Assembly: GCA_029571225.1 (NCBI GenBank)
Contig: JAKPTF010000080.1
Coordinates: 1,230 to 65,229 of the forward strand
Source of the DNA: Candidatus Omnitrophota bacterium
Lineage (GTDB): Bacteria > Omnitrophota > Gorgyraeia > Gygaellales > Profunditerraquicolaceae
DNA length: 64,000 nucleotides
Reading direction: 5' to 3'
The translations under genes were made by a program, and so were the position numbers. Within the stretch, counting starts at the first letter, position 1. The number at the start of each line of letters is the position of its first letter. Below the pieces are notes generated by a model. It had not been told where the DNA came from and did not search any database. It saw only the letters and a program-made list of their open reading frames with translations. Shown here piece by piece: positions 1 to 9,114 of this stretch.

Positions 1-56
1 CGACTGATTTTTTGCCCCGGGTTGAGAACGGCGTAACAATAGCAACCAATGAGCCG

Positions 57-905
57 CTAAACATGCCATACCCCCTTATATACGATGCCGGCCTTTCCTT
101 CAAGCCACACATCAGAAAATTTGTCGCCCTGCACAGTAAAATAGATTTTCAGGACCTCTCCGCCGCGGGTCAACACCTTAAATTTTTGCTGGACGGCATT
201 TGTCACCCGCGAATACTTTAGTTGCTGTAATTTCAGGCCGGTGATAAGAGCGCTGGCAACAGACCCGGTCCCGCATGCAAGCGTTTCATCCTCTACCCCC
301 CGCTCATAGGTCCGTATCGAAATGCTGTTCTGGCCCGTAACCTCGACGAAATCCACATTCGTCCCCCTCGGAGCGAACGATTTATGATACCGTATCGCGC
401 GGCCCAGGTCAACAATTTCCATCGACGCAAGTCCCTTGACAAAAATGATGCCGTGGGGAACGCCTGTATCGATGTAATTCACATGGAGCAGGCGGTCGCT
501 GACCCTGACCGGGACATCGAGCCGCAATCCCTTCGGCGCTGTCAAGTTTACCCTGACCTGATCCTTATTAACGTGCGCCGCGATAATGCCTGCGAGCGTC
601 TCGATCTTAAGAGCAGCGACGGATTTTCCCTGCAGCTTGACGCAATACAGCGCAAAGCACCGCGAGCCGTTGCCGCACATCTCCGCCTCGGAACCGTCAG
701 CGTTAAATATGCGCATCCTGAAATCCGCTTTACGGGATTTTTCGACGACAAGCAGGCCGTCTGCTCCTGCGCCGTATTTTCTGTCGCATATGCGCTTTGC
801 CAATGATGCCAGGCGGCTACCGTTCATGCGCGCAGAACGATTATCCATCAAAACAAAATCATTCCCAGCAGCGACGAGCTTTGTGAAATCCATCTTCTTG
901 TTCAT
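57..905 (-). CDS. dapF: diaminopimelate epimerase
   Basis: 282-aa ORF with 'AAGNDFVLMD' and both catalytic-Cys motifs 'MCGNGSRC' and 'LACGTGS'; lies downstream of lysA. Confidence 0.95.
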   Translation of the reverse strand: MNKKMDFTKLVAAGNDFVLMDNRSARMNGSRLASLAKRICDRKYGAGADGLLVVEKSRKADFRMRIFNADGSEAEMCGNGSRCFALYCVKLQGKSVAALKIETLAGIIAAHVNKDQVRVNLTAPKGLRLDVPVRVSDRLLHVNYIDTGVPHGIIFVKGLASMEIVDLGRAIRYHKSFAPRGTNVDFVEVTGQNSISIRTYERGVEDETLACGTGSVASALITGLKLQQLKYSRVTNAVQQKFKVLTRGGEVLKIYFTVQGDKFSDVWLEGKAGIVYKGVWHV

Positions 906-950
906 AAGGTCGTTTTACCTATTTTTATTTAAGATATTACGCATTATAAC

Positions 951-990
951 ATTATTACTCAATCTTACTCATATTTACTTAAACTTACTC
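951..990. repeat. four direct TTACTY hexamers (RAGTAA on minus strand) at exact 10-bp spacing
   Basis: TTACTC at 955-960, 965-970 and 985-990; TTACTT at 975-980; spans the lysA stop codon (975-977) and the lysA-dapF spacer. Confidence 0.6.
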
Positions 991-2231
991 TTGGCGATTT
1001 CGTTTCTTATCAGGTCTTGCGCTGTTTCCCGCTTGCGGATCAGGGCGATCTTTCTGCCCTTGACCAGGATCTCAGCTGCTCTGCGGCGGGAATTATAGTT
1101 GCTCGACATGCTGAATCCGTAAGCGCCTGCGCACATAACAGCCAGATACTCTCCTTCCCTGACCTTGGGCAGCATCCGCTCTTTTGCAAGGAAATCACCG
1201 CTCTCGCAAATAGGGCCGACCACGTCAACCTTCTCGTTCGAGCGTTGTTCGTCAATGAGCGGAACGATCTCATGATGAGCTTCATACAAAGATGGCCGGA
1301 TAAGATCGTTCATGCCCGCATCCACGATGACGAACTTCTTAAGCGGCGTCTTTTTGACATAGAGAACTTTTGTCACCAGGATCGCAGCAGAGCCGATAAT
1401 GAATCTGCCAGGCTCCATGATGATCTTAAGACCGCTTGCCTTGAGTATAGGCAGAACTTTTGCCGCGAATTCCGCCGCGGTCTGGGGAACCTCATGGGAA
1501 TAGATAATGCCCAGGCCTCCGCCGATATTGAGGTATTCAATATCAACGCCCCTGGCCTTGTTCGATTTAATAAAGGCAACGACTTTTTTGATCGCCTCGA
1601 CAAACGGCTCTCCGATCGTTATCTGCGAGCCGATATGGATATGGATGCCTTTGATGGCCACATTGCTCAACTCGCCTGCAATGCGCAGGATATCGGTCGC
1701 TGTATCGAAATCAATGCCGAATTTGTTGGTCAGCTTGCCCGTTGTGATATATTTATGAGTCTTCGCTTCGACATCAGGATTGATGCGCAGCGCGACGTTC
1801 GTCTTCTTCTTAAGCTTTCGCGCAATGCGGTTAATATTTTCCAATTCCGGCAACGATTCAACGTTAAAGAAAAGGATGCCCTTTCGTATCGCCTCTTCTA
1901 TTTCTTTGTCTGTCTTACCGACCGACGCATAGACGATGCGTGAAGGCGGACAGCCGACCTTGAGTGCGCGGAATAATTCTCCGCCGGAGACGATATCAAG
2001 CCCAGAGCCATGCTCAACCAATGCCTTGAGTATAGCCAGATTCGAATTCGCCTTGACCGAATAACAGATAAGCGGCTTTACCGGAGCAAACGCCCTTTTA
2101 AGTTTCAAAAAATGCCCGATGAACGTGTTGTAGCTGTACACGTATAAGGGCGTGCCATACCTCTCAGCAAGATCCTGAACCTTAACATTCTCACAATACA
2201 ATTGATTACTTTTGAATTTAAATTCGTGCAT
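975..2231 (-). CDS. lysA: diaminopimelate decarboxylase
   Basis: 418-aa ORF; PLP-lysine motif 'YSVKAN', 'MEPGRF' and 'GPICESGD', typical of group IV decarboxylases (LysA). Confidence 0.95.
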   Translation of the reverse strand: MHEFKFKSNQLYCENVKVQDLAERYGTPLYVYSYNTFIGHFLKLKRAFAPVKPLICYSVKANSNLAILKALVEHGSGLDIVSGGELFRALKVGCPPSRIVYASVGKTDKEIEEAIRKGILFFNVESLPELENINRIARKLKKKTNVALRINPDVEAKTHKYITTGKLTNKFGIDFDTATDILRIAGELSNVAIKGIHIHIGSQITIGEPFVEAIKKVVAFIKSNKARGVDIEYLNIGGGLGIIYSHEVPQTAAEFAAKVLPILKASGLKIIMEPGRFIIGSAAILVTKVLYVKKTPLKKFVIVDAGMNDLIRPSLYEAHHEIVPLIDEQRSNEKVDVVGPICESGDFLAKERMLPKVREGEYLAVMCAGAYGFSMSSNYNSRRRAAEILVKGRKIALIRKRETAQDLIRNEIAKSKFK

Positions 2232-2273
2232 GGAACTTTGTTACTCCTTTAGTCATTTGGGAATTTGTTACAC

Positions 2274-2301
2274 AATATACTGTATAACATAAGATTATCA
2301 A
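2274..2301 (-). promoter_or_regulatory. candidate sigma70 promoter for lysA-dapF (TTGATA-16-TATATT)
   Basis: Hexamers read on the minus strand; a GGAG Shine-Dalgarno follows before the lysA ATG; the region is AT-rich, so a chance match is possible. Confidence 0.35.
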
Positions 2302-2318
2302 AAAAGTCTGCGATGTTT

Positions 2319-3419
2319 TTATTTAACCCGCATAATCCAAACTACTGCCATATTCACCGGTCTGACACGCTGAACAGCTTCAGTAAAGGAATCCGCAACC
2401 GAACTATAAATCCCGGTATAAGAAATCACCGTACCGCTACCATCACCATTCTCAAGCATAGTTCCACCAAATGACGCTCGATTCTTCTGGGCAGCAATGG
2501 CTGTAGCTTCCTGAATAGACCCTGAGATAGCGCCGCCGCGCAAGAATAACCCTCCGTTATACCCTGCCCGCGCATTCAAATTAGGGATAGTTGCGCCATT
2601 ATACGGAGAATCCGGATCAGAGAGCACCTGCCCGTTGCATTCAACCCAACCCGCAGGCAAAACCGGTGTCCCTGCCATAGATTTATGCCAGGCGATTATT
2701 GAACCTATTGGCACAACCCCGAAACCGGATAGAGCGCCATTTACATCCAACTTCACAGCTGGAGTCGTTGTTCCAATACCGACATTGCCATCAGCATTGA
2801 TCCGCATCCGTTCATTATTGCTGTTATTCGTGTAAAATGTGATGTTACCCCCGACGCCCGTATAAAGATTCATGGATCCGCTGCCGCCAAACCCTCCCGC
2901 GGCTGCTCCTAAATTATGGTCATTCATGACAAATATATACGCCTGTTTCGTGCCTGATGTCCATCCTACACCACTGTATTGGTTTGCTGTCGTAGAATCA
3001 TTTTGCTGTAACTGCAACATATGGCTGCTGGGCGCAACAACATGCAATCTTGCAAGCGGATTCGTTGTTCCAATACCGACATCCCACGTAGTATTAGCAG
3101 TGGTCAAATGCGCGCCGTTCAAAGCCCACAAACCACCGGCTCCGGGAACAGGATAGTACCCCCATCCCCCTATTGTCGAATTACTGCAAATAAGAAGAAC
3201 CCGGCCGCTCGCATCATAGTACATTTTGCCTTCAGGAGCGCCTGCGGCGGAACAATCGGCGGGGTTATTGCCCGGCGCAACCCACAGGGTCTGATATACC
3301 CCGGTCGGGGAAGGATAATACGTGGTGATGGTGAGTTTTTCTTCCGACTGCTGGGCAAGAACGGACGAATAAACACTCAAAGCACTTATGACACAACAGC
3401 ACACAACGCCTTTATGCAT
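2319..3419 (-). CDS. secreted protein with a C-terminal phage tail-collar-like domain (MdpB-like); function unknown
   Basis: Signal peptide 'VISALSVYSSVLA|QQ'; two 'VGIGTTxPxxxLxV' tail-fibre-type motifs; C-terminal 'PIGSIIAW...PAGWVECNG...IPNLN...LFLRG...RPVNMAVVWIMRV' resembles the tail-collar consensus; GGAGG Shine-Dalgarno upstream. Confidence 0.6.
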   Translation of the reverse strand: MHKGVVCCCVISALSVYSSVLAQQSEEKLTITTYYPSPTGVYQTLWVAPGNNPADCSAAGAPEGKMYYDASGRVLLICSNSTIGGWGYYPVPGAGGLWALNGAHLTTANTTWDVGIGTTNPLARLHVVAPSSHMLQLQQNDSTTANQYSGVGWTSGTKQAYIFVMNDHNLGAAAGGFGGSGSMNLYTGVGGNITFYTNNSNNERMRINADGNVGIGTTTPAVKLDVNGALSGFGVVPIGSIIAWHKSMAGTPVLPAGWVECNGQVLSDPDSPYNGATIPNLNARAGYNGGLFLRGGAISGSIQEATAIAAQKNRASFGGTMLENGDGSGTVISYTGIYSSVADSFTEAVQRVRPVNMAVVWIMRVK

Positions 3420-3432
3420 ACGGCCTCCTGCT

Positions 3433-4782
3433 CTAACGAGGAGAGCGTTTGGTGTTGACTGCGAAATGCGGATTGATGATACGCTTAAGCTCTTTCTGGT
3501 TTAATTGTTGAGAGAAACCTTTTAACACGTGATCGGGTATTTCCGAAAGTTTCAAATCATTCTCTTCCGCATAACGCACGAGCTTTCCGATGATCTCATG
3601 CGCGTTGCGAAACGCGATCTTTTTGCCCACCAAATATTCGGCAAGTTCGGTTGCATACATGCTCTCGTCAGCAAGGACTTTCTCTACCGCATCAGTGTTA
3701 AGGCGTATTCCTTTGACGAATTCGCTCAAAAGCGATAATTCGCTTTTGACGATCTCGACAGAGGAAAACAACGGCTCTTTGTCTAACTGCATGTCACGGT
3801 TATATGTTGACGGCAAGCCTTTCATGGTGGTCAGCAAGGACGTCAAATTGCCGTATACCCTGCCGGTGTAGCCGCGTACGAGTTCAAGAAAATCCGGGTT
3901 CCTCTTATGCGGCATATAGCTTGAGCCGGTGCAGAATTCTTCCGGCAGATCAAGAAAATCGAATTCCGGGGTCGAATAAAGAATAAAATCCTCTGCCATG
4001 CGCGATAAATGCATCTGCATCGTCGCAGCGAAGCTTAAGAACATGATCACTGCGTCGCGATTCGACACATGGTCGAGCGGATTTTTCACAACAGAGATCT
4101 TCACCGGAAGGTCCTTGCAGTATGTTGACATGAAACGCTTGACTGCTTTGTCATAATCAACGGACTTGATGTACGAGCCGGCCATGGCGCCTGCGCCGAT
4201 GAAGATATATGTGTGCTTGGCGAAATCCTCGAATCGGTGCTGGTCGCGGTGAAGCATGGACACAAAGCCCTTGATATATTTCGAGAACTTGATGACCTGC
4301 GCCCTGCGCGTATGCGTGTAGCCGACAAAAAATTCCTTTTTATACTCTCCGGCAAGCCCAAGCAGGCTTTCCTGCAAGGCCACAAGAAGCTTGAATATCT
4401 CCTGCGCCTGATGCACGCAATAGAACGTGACGTCAAAAGCGATCTGGTCATTGCGCGACCGGAAGCTGTGCAGTTTTAACGCGGTATCCCCGACTTTGGC
4501 TTCCAACCGGTTCTGGATCTCGGTATGGATATCCTCTGACGCGCTGTGGAACGTGAACGTCCCTGCTTTTATGTCTTTCAGGATATCGGCAAGCGCGCGT
4601 TCAAGCTTGTAAGCTTCCGATGCGCTCAGAACATTCGAGTGCACAAGAGCCCGAATATGGATCAGCGAATGGAAAACATCATACATCGCCAGCTTATGGT
4701 CATACTGGATGGATTTCTGGAATTCATAAAATGCAGGATTCATCTGTTTGGTGAACCTTCCTCCCCATAATTTCTTTGCCAT
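3433..4782 (-). CDS. argH: argininosuccinate lyase
   Basis: 449 aa; starts 'LWGGRF'; fumarate-lyase signature 'GSSYMPHKRNP'. Confidence 0.95.
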   Translation of the reverse strand: MAKKLWGGRFTKQMNPAFYEFQKSIQYDHKLAMYDVFHSLIHIRALVHSNVLSASEAYKLERALADILKDIKAGTFTFHSASEDIHTEIQNRLEAKVGDTALKLHSFRSRNDQIAFDVTFYCVHQAQEIFKLLVALQESLLGLAGEYKKEFFVGYTHTRRAQVIKFSKYIKGFVSMLHRDQHRFEDFAKHTYIFIGAGAMAGSYIKSVDYDKAVKRFMSTYCKDLPVKISVVKNPLDHVSNRDAVIMFLSFAATMQMHLSRMAEDFILYSTPEFDFLDLPEEFCTGSSYMPHKRNPDFLELVRGYTGRVYGNLTSLLTTMKGLPSTYNRDMQLDKEPLFSSVEIVKSELSLLSEFVKGIRLNTDAVEKVLADESMYATELAEYLVGKKIAFRNAHEIIGKLVRYAEENDLKLSEIPDHVLKGFSQQLNQKELKRIINPHFAVNTKRSPR

Positions 4783-4798
4783 GATCGCTCCTTAGACG

Positions 4799-5968
4799 TT
4801 ACCGCTTATACGGCATTCCCCAGATCTTGATAAAGCCTTCGGCGAGCTTTTGATCGAATTTATCCTCATCGCCGTATGTCGCGAGCTCTTTTTTGTACAT
4901 CGAATACGGCGATTTCCTTCCCACCGCAACGCAGGTGCCTTTGAATAATTTAAGTTTGATGGAACCGGTCACGTGCTGCTGCGTCACGTTGATAAAACCG
5001 TCGAGCGCGTGCTTCAACTGCGAATACCACAATCCGTAATAGATCAGGTCCGCGTATTTAAGCGAGACCATTTCCTTATAATGGCTCACCTCGCGGTCCA
5101 GGGTCAAAGCCTCGATTTCCTTATGCGCGGTGTACAGGATCGTAGCCGCAGGAGCTTCATAGATCTCCCTGGATTTAATGCCCACGAGCCGGTTTTCGAC
5201 CATGTCGTACCTGCCGATGCCGTAGCTTCCGCCGAGTTGGTTGAGCGTCTTGATCATGGATTTGAGCCCCATTGCCTTGCCGTCGAGTTTCTTGGGCACG
5301 CCCTTCTCGAATGCTATTTCGACATATTTAGGATACGTCGAGGTGCCGGTCGGGGACTTGGTCATGATATAGGCGTCCTCCGGCGGCTCCTGGTCGAGAT
5401 TTTCAAGGATACCCGCTTCGATGCTGATGCCCCAGAGGTTGCGGTCAATGCTGTAAACTTTTTTCTTGGTGACGTCGATGGGAATGCGGTGTTTCAACGC
5501 GTACTCGATCTCCTCTTCCCGCGATTTGAACTCCCAGTCCCGCACAGGAGCGATGATCTTCAATTTGGGATCGAGGATCGCGGTTGTGACTTCAAGCCGC
5601 ACCTGGTCGTTGCCTTTTCCCGTGCAGCCGTGGCCGACATACTCCGCTTTTTCCTTATGCGCGACCTCAACAAGATACTTGGCGATGAGAGGCCTGCCGA
5701 GCGCTGTTGCAAGCATATATTTACCCTCGTAAACCGCATTGGCCTTGAGCGCGGGCACGATGAAATCCTTGACAAATTCGTCGGTCAGATCTTTGCAATA
5801 GACTTTTGTTGCGCCACCGGCCAGCGCGCGCTTTTCAATAGCATCGAAATCCTCGCCCTGGCCGAGGTCTGCGATAAAGCATACGACCTCGAATCCCTTG
5901 TCATTGAGCCATTTAATGGCGCAGGACGTGTCAAGGCCGCCGGAATACGCTAAAACGATCTTTTTCAT
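4799..5968 (-). CDS. argG: argininosuccinate synthase
   Basis: 389 aa; 'AYSGGLDTS' and 'GCTGKGNDQVR'. Confidence 0.97.
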   Translation of the reverse strand: MKKIVLAYSGGLDTSCAIKWLNDKGFEVVCFIADLGQGEDFDAIEKRALAGGATKVYCKDLTDEFVKDFIVPALKANAVYEGKYMLATALGRPLIAKYLVEVAHKEKAEYVGHGCTGKGNDQVRLEVTTAILDPKLKIIAPVRDWEFKSREEEIEYALKHRIPIDVTKKKVYSIDRNLWGISIEAGILENLDQEPPEDAYIMTKSPTGTSTYPKYVEIAFEKGVPKKLDGKAMGLKSMIKTLNQLGGSYGIGRYDMVENRLVGIKSREIYEAPAATILYTAHKEIEALTLDREVSHYKEMVSLKYADLIYYGLWYSQLKHALDGFINVTQQHVTGSIKLKLFKGTCVAVGRKSPYSMYKKELATYGDEDKFDQKLAEGFIKIWGMPYKR

Positions 5969-6013
5969 TATACGATTCTCCTTGATAGTGGAATATTGTG
6001 CGCAATCGCTGAA

Positions 6014-6931
6014 TTATCTTCCCATTAATTGCACAAGCACTGCCTTTTGCACGTGCAGGCGGTTCTCCGCCTCATCGAATACAATCGAGCCCTTCCCATC
6101 GATCACTTCATCGGTGATCTCCTCGCCCCGGTGCGCAGGCAAGCAATGCATTATATACGCGCCTTTATTAGCAGCGGCACGCAGCTCTGAATTCAACTGG
6201 AATGCCTTGAAGGCTCTTTTACGCTTTTGCGCTTCTTTTTCCTGGCCCATGGAAGCCCATACGTCCGTATATAACACATCTGCGCCCCGTGCTGCGGCGA
6301 GCGCTTTGTCAAAAAACCTGATGACGGATCCTGACTGCAGGCCGATAGCCCTTGCTGATTTGATAACGCTCGCATCAGGCTCATACCCGCGGGGAGTTGC
6401 GATATTCAGATGAACGCCCAGCTTTGCGCAAGCCGAAATGAGAGAATTGCACACGTTGTTGCCGTCTCCGATATACGCCAGGGTAATATCCTTGCATTTG
6501 CCGAATTTTTCTTTTATGGTGAACAGGTCCGCCAATGCCTGGCACGGATGGGAGAAATCGGACAAGCCGTTGATGACCGGAACATCGGCATATCGCGCCA
6601 TGTCAATGACGGTCTGGTGCGCAAAGGTTCGCAACACAATGCCGTTGACATATCTGCTCAATGTCTTTGCTACGTCATGCACCGTTTCGCGTTCTCCGAG
6701 CTTGATCTGGTCAGGCCCGAGGTAAAGCGCCGTGCCGCCAAGCTGGAACATGCCGACGTAAAATGATACATACGTGCGGTTGGATGGTTTCTGAAAAATG
6801 AGCGCGAGCGATCTTCCGCGAAGCACGTTCCCATACTTGTGCGGCGTTTTTTTTATCTTCGCGGTGAGCGAAAATATATCGTAAATTTCCTGTTTACTCA
6901 ACTGGCCTACGGTCAAGAGATCCTTTTTCAT
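6014..6931 (-). CDS. argF: ornithine carbamoyltransferase
   Basis: 305 aa; 'SNRTYVSF' (STRTR-type carbamoyl-phosphate site), 'HPCQALAD', 'HCLPAHRGEE'. Confidence 0.93.
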   Translation of the reverse strand: MKKDLLTVGQLSKQEIYDIFSLTAKIKKTPHKYGNVLRGRSLALIFQKPSNRTYVSFYVGMFQLGGTALYLGPDQIKLGERETVHDVAKTLSRYVNGIVLRTFAHQTVIDMARYADVPVINGLSDFSHPCQALADLFTIKEKFGKCKDITLAYIGDGNNVCNSLISACAKLGVHLNIATPRGYEPDASVIKSARAIGLQSGSVIRFFDKALAAARGADVLYTDVWASMGQEKEAQKRKRAFKAFQLNSELRAAANKGAYIMHCLPAHRGEEITDEVIDGKGSIVFDEAENRLHVQKAVLVQLMGR

Positions 6932-6954
6932 GGCGTTCCTTTTGTTACAGGTGG

Positions 6955-8133
6955 CTATAACGAGCCTAGCGCAGTATCGAGTATCTCAACTGCCTTATTG
7001 ATCTGGCCCCTGGTTACGTTTAATGCCGGCATAATACGCAGGACCCTGTCATGGGTGCAATTGATCAGCAGCCCCTTGTGAATGCACGCCTCGACGAACG
7101 GCTTGCCCGGTACCGTCAATTCTACGCCGCACATGAGGCCCATTGCCCTGACTTCCTTGATATGAACATGCTTTGCCTTAAGGTTGTTAAGCGCCTCGCA
7201 CAGATATGCCCCGCTGTCTTTTGCGTGTTTGAGCAGTTTTTCCTTCTGAATTGCGCGAAGCACTGCGAGCGCGGCGCGGCATACAACAGGCCCGCCGCCG
7301 AACGTGGATGCGTGCGTGCCGGCTGTCAGCATATCGGAAATGGCTGTTTTGGCCATCATGACCCCGATAGGCAGGCCTCCGCCAAGGGATTTCGCAAGCG
7401 TGAACATATCAGGCTCTATGCCGTACTGCTGCCAGGCGAACATCGTACCGGTGCGGCCGATGCCGGTCTGGACCTCATCCACGATCAAAAGCAGTTTATG
7501 TTTATCGCACAGCTCGCGCAAGCCCTTGACGAATTCAGGAGTGGCGATGTTGATACCGCCTTCTCCCTGGACAAGCTCGAGCATGATAGCTACGGTTTTG
7601 TCTGTAACAGCTGCTTTGACCGCGTTTAGGTCATTAAACGGTACTGACGTGAATCCCTGGACAAGCGGCGCAAACCCTTCCTGGTATTTTTTCTGGCCCG
7701 TGGCTGACAGAGCTGCAAGCGTGCGGCCGTGGAAAGAATCGATGAATGTGATGATCTCGAATCTGCCCTGGCCGAATTTCCGGGAAAGTTTGATGGCCGC
7801 CTCGTTAGCCTCAGCGCCGGAGTTAGCGAAAAAAACCTTGTACGGTTTTTGCGTCCAGAAGTTCAGCTCTTTAGCAAGCTTTGCCTGGGCTATATGATGA
7901 TAATTGTTAGGAACAAAGATAAGCTTGGAGACCTGGTCTCGTATCGCGCACATCACCTTTGAATGGCAATGGCCCAGGTTCCCCACTCCCCAGCCAGGGA
8001 AAAAATCCAGATACTTCTTCCCGTCAATATCCCACAAATAGCTCCCTTTACCCTTAACAAATACCAGCGGAACCTTTGTGTAACTGGGAACTATGCAATC
8101 CTTATATATCTGAAACAACTCTTCTTTTTTCAT
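6955..8133 (-). CDS. argD: acetylornithine aminotransferase
   Basis: 392 aa; class III aminotransferase motifs 'DEVQTGIGRTG' and 'LAKSLGGGLP'; arg-cluster context. Confidence 0.93.
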   Translation of the reverse strand: MKKEELFQIYKDCIVPSYTKVPLVFVKGKGSYLWDIDGKKYLDFFPGWGVGNLGHCHSKVMCAIRDQVSKLIFVPNNYHHIAQAKLAKELNFWTQKPYKVFFANSGAEANEAAIKLSRKFGQGRFEIITFIDSFHGRTLAALSATGQKKYQEGFAPLVQGFTSVPFNDLNAVKAAVTDKTVAIMLELVQGEGGINIATPEFVKGLRELCDKHKLLLIVDEVQTGIGRTGTMFAWQQYGIEPDMFTLAKSLGGGLPIGVMMAKTAISDMLTAGTHASTFGGGPVVCRAALAVLRAIQKEKLLKHAKDSGAYLCEALNNLKAKHVHIKEVRAMGLMCGVELTVPGKPFVEACIHKGLLINCTHDRVLRIMPALNVTRGQINKAVEILDTALGSL

Positions 8134-8134
8134 A

Positions 8135-8254
8135 TGAAGACGCTTTAGCTAACCCTTTTAAAAATAATAAGTTACAAAACAAATACAACTTTCGCACATA
8201 AAAGAATTTATTTGTAAACTCATGCCGCAGTGATAGTTAGCTAAAGCGTCTTCA
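8135..8254. repeat. 19-bp perfect inverted repeat (TGAAGACGCTTTAGCTAAC / GTTAGCTAAAGCGTCTTCA) flanking an AT-rich 82-bp spacer
   Basis: Arms at 8135-8153 and 8236-8254; one arm contains the argB stop codon and the other ends 1 nt from the argD ATG. Confidence 0.85.
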
Positions 8255-9106
8255 ACTGATGATTTCTGTGCCTATGCCCTGGTCAGTGAAGATCTCAAGC
8301 AACAAAGCATGCGGAATGCAGGCGTCAACCATGTGCGTCTTTTTAACGCCCTTGGTGACCGCATGTATACACGCCTGGACTTTCGGGATCATGCCGGTCT
8401 GGATCACCTTTTGATCAATCAATTGCTTGGCATCCTCGCGCGTAAGCGTCGACATGAAAGAGCTGGGATCGTCTGGGCTGCGCATGATACCCTTGACGTT
8501 GGTCAGGATAACCAGCTTCTCAGCCTTCATGCTTTCTGCCACGTTCGCGGCAGCCTCATCGGCATTGACGTTATACGTCTTTCCGTCATTACCAGCTCCC
8601 ATGGGAAGTATGACGACGACCTTATCCTTGTCAAGCTCGTTCAGGATGGCCTGCGTATTTACGCCGACGACATGGCCCACGAGGCCGAGGTCTATATTGG
8701 CCTTCTTTTTCTCCGATGCGAGGAGCCTGTTCTCCTTGCCGTTCAGACCGACCGCGCTGCAGCCGAGCTCTACGATCTCATTGACGATCATCGTGTTCAA
8801 TTTCTGAAGCTCCTCTTCGACGACCTTGAGGGTCTGCTCATCCGTCACGCGCATGCCGTCGACAAAATCAGTCTTTTTACCGCTCTGCCGCATGCGGTCA
8901 GAGATATTCGGGCCTCCGCCGTGCACGAGCACGGTCTTCAAGCCCATGAAATTCATAAACACGATGTCCTCAAGCACGCCTTTGCGGATTTTTTCCTCGC
9001 CCAGGATGCTGCCGCCGTATTTGATTACCACGACCTTATTGTGGAACGCCCGTATGTACGGCAGCGCCTCGATAAGCACGTCGGCTTTTTTAATGGCTTC
9101 TTGCAT
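8252..9106 (-). CDS. argB: acetylglutamate kinase
   Basis: 284 aa; 'VVIKYGGS' and 'VHGGGP'. Confidence 0.95.
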   Translation of the reverse strand: MQEAIKKADVLIEALPYIRAFHNKVVVIKYGGSILGEEKIRKGVLEDIVFMNFMGLKTVLVHGGGPNISDRMRQSGKKTDFVDGMRVTDEQTLKVVEEELQKLNTMIVNEIVELGCSAVGLNGKENRLLASEKKKANIDLGLVGHVVGVNTQAILNELDKDKVVVILPMGAGNDGKTYNVNADEAAANVAESMKAEKLVILTNVKGIMRSPDDPSSFMSTLTREDAKQLIDQKVIQTGMIPKVQACIHAVTKGVKKTHMVDACIPHALLLEIFTDQGIGTEIIS

Positions 9107-9114
9107 AGTCCACC

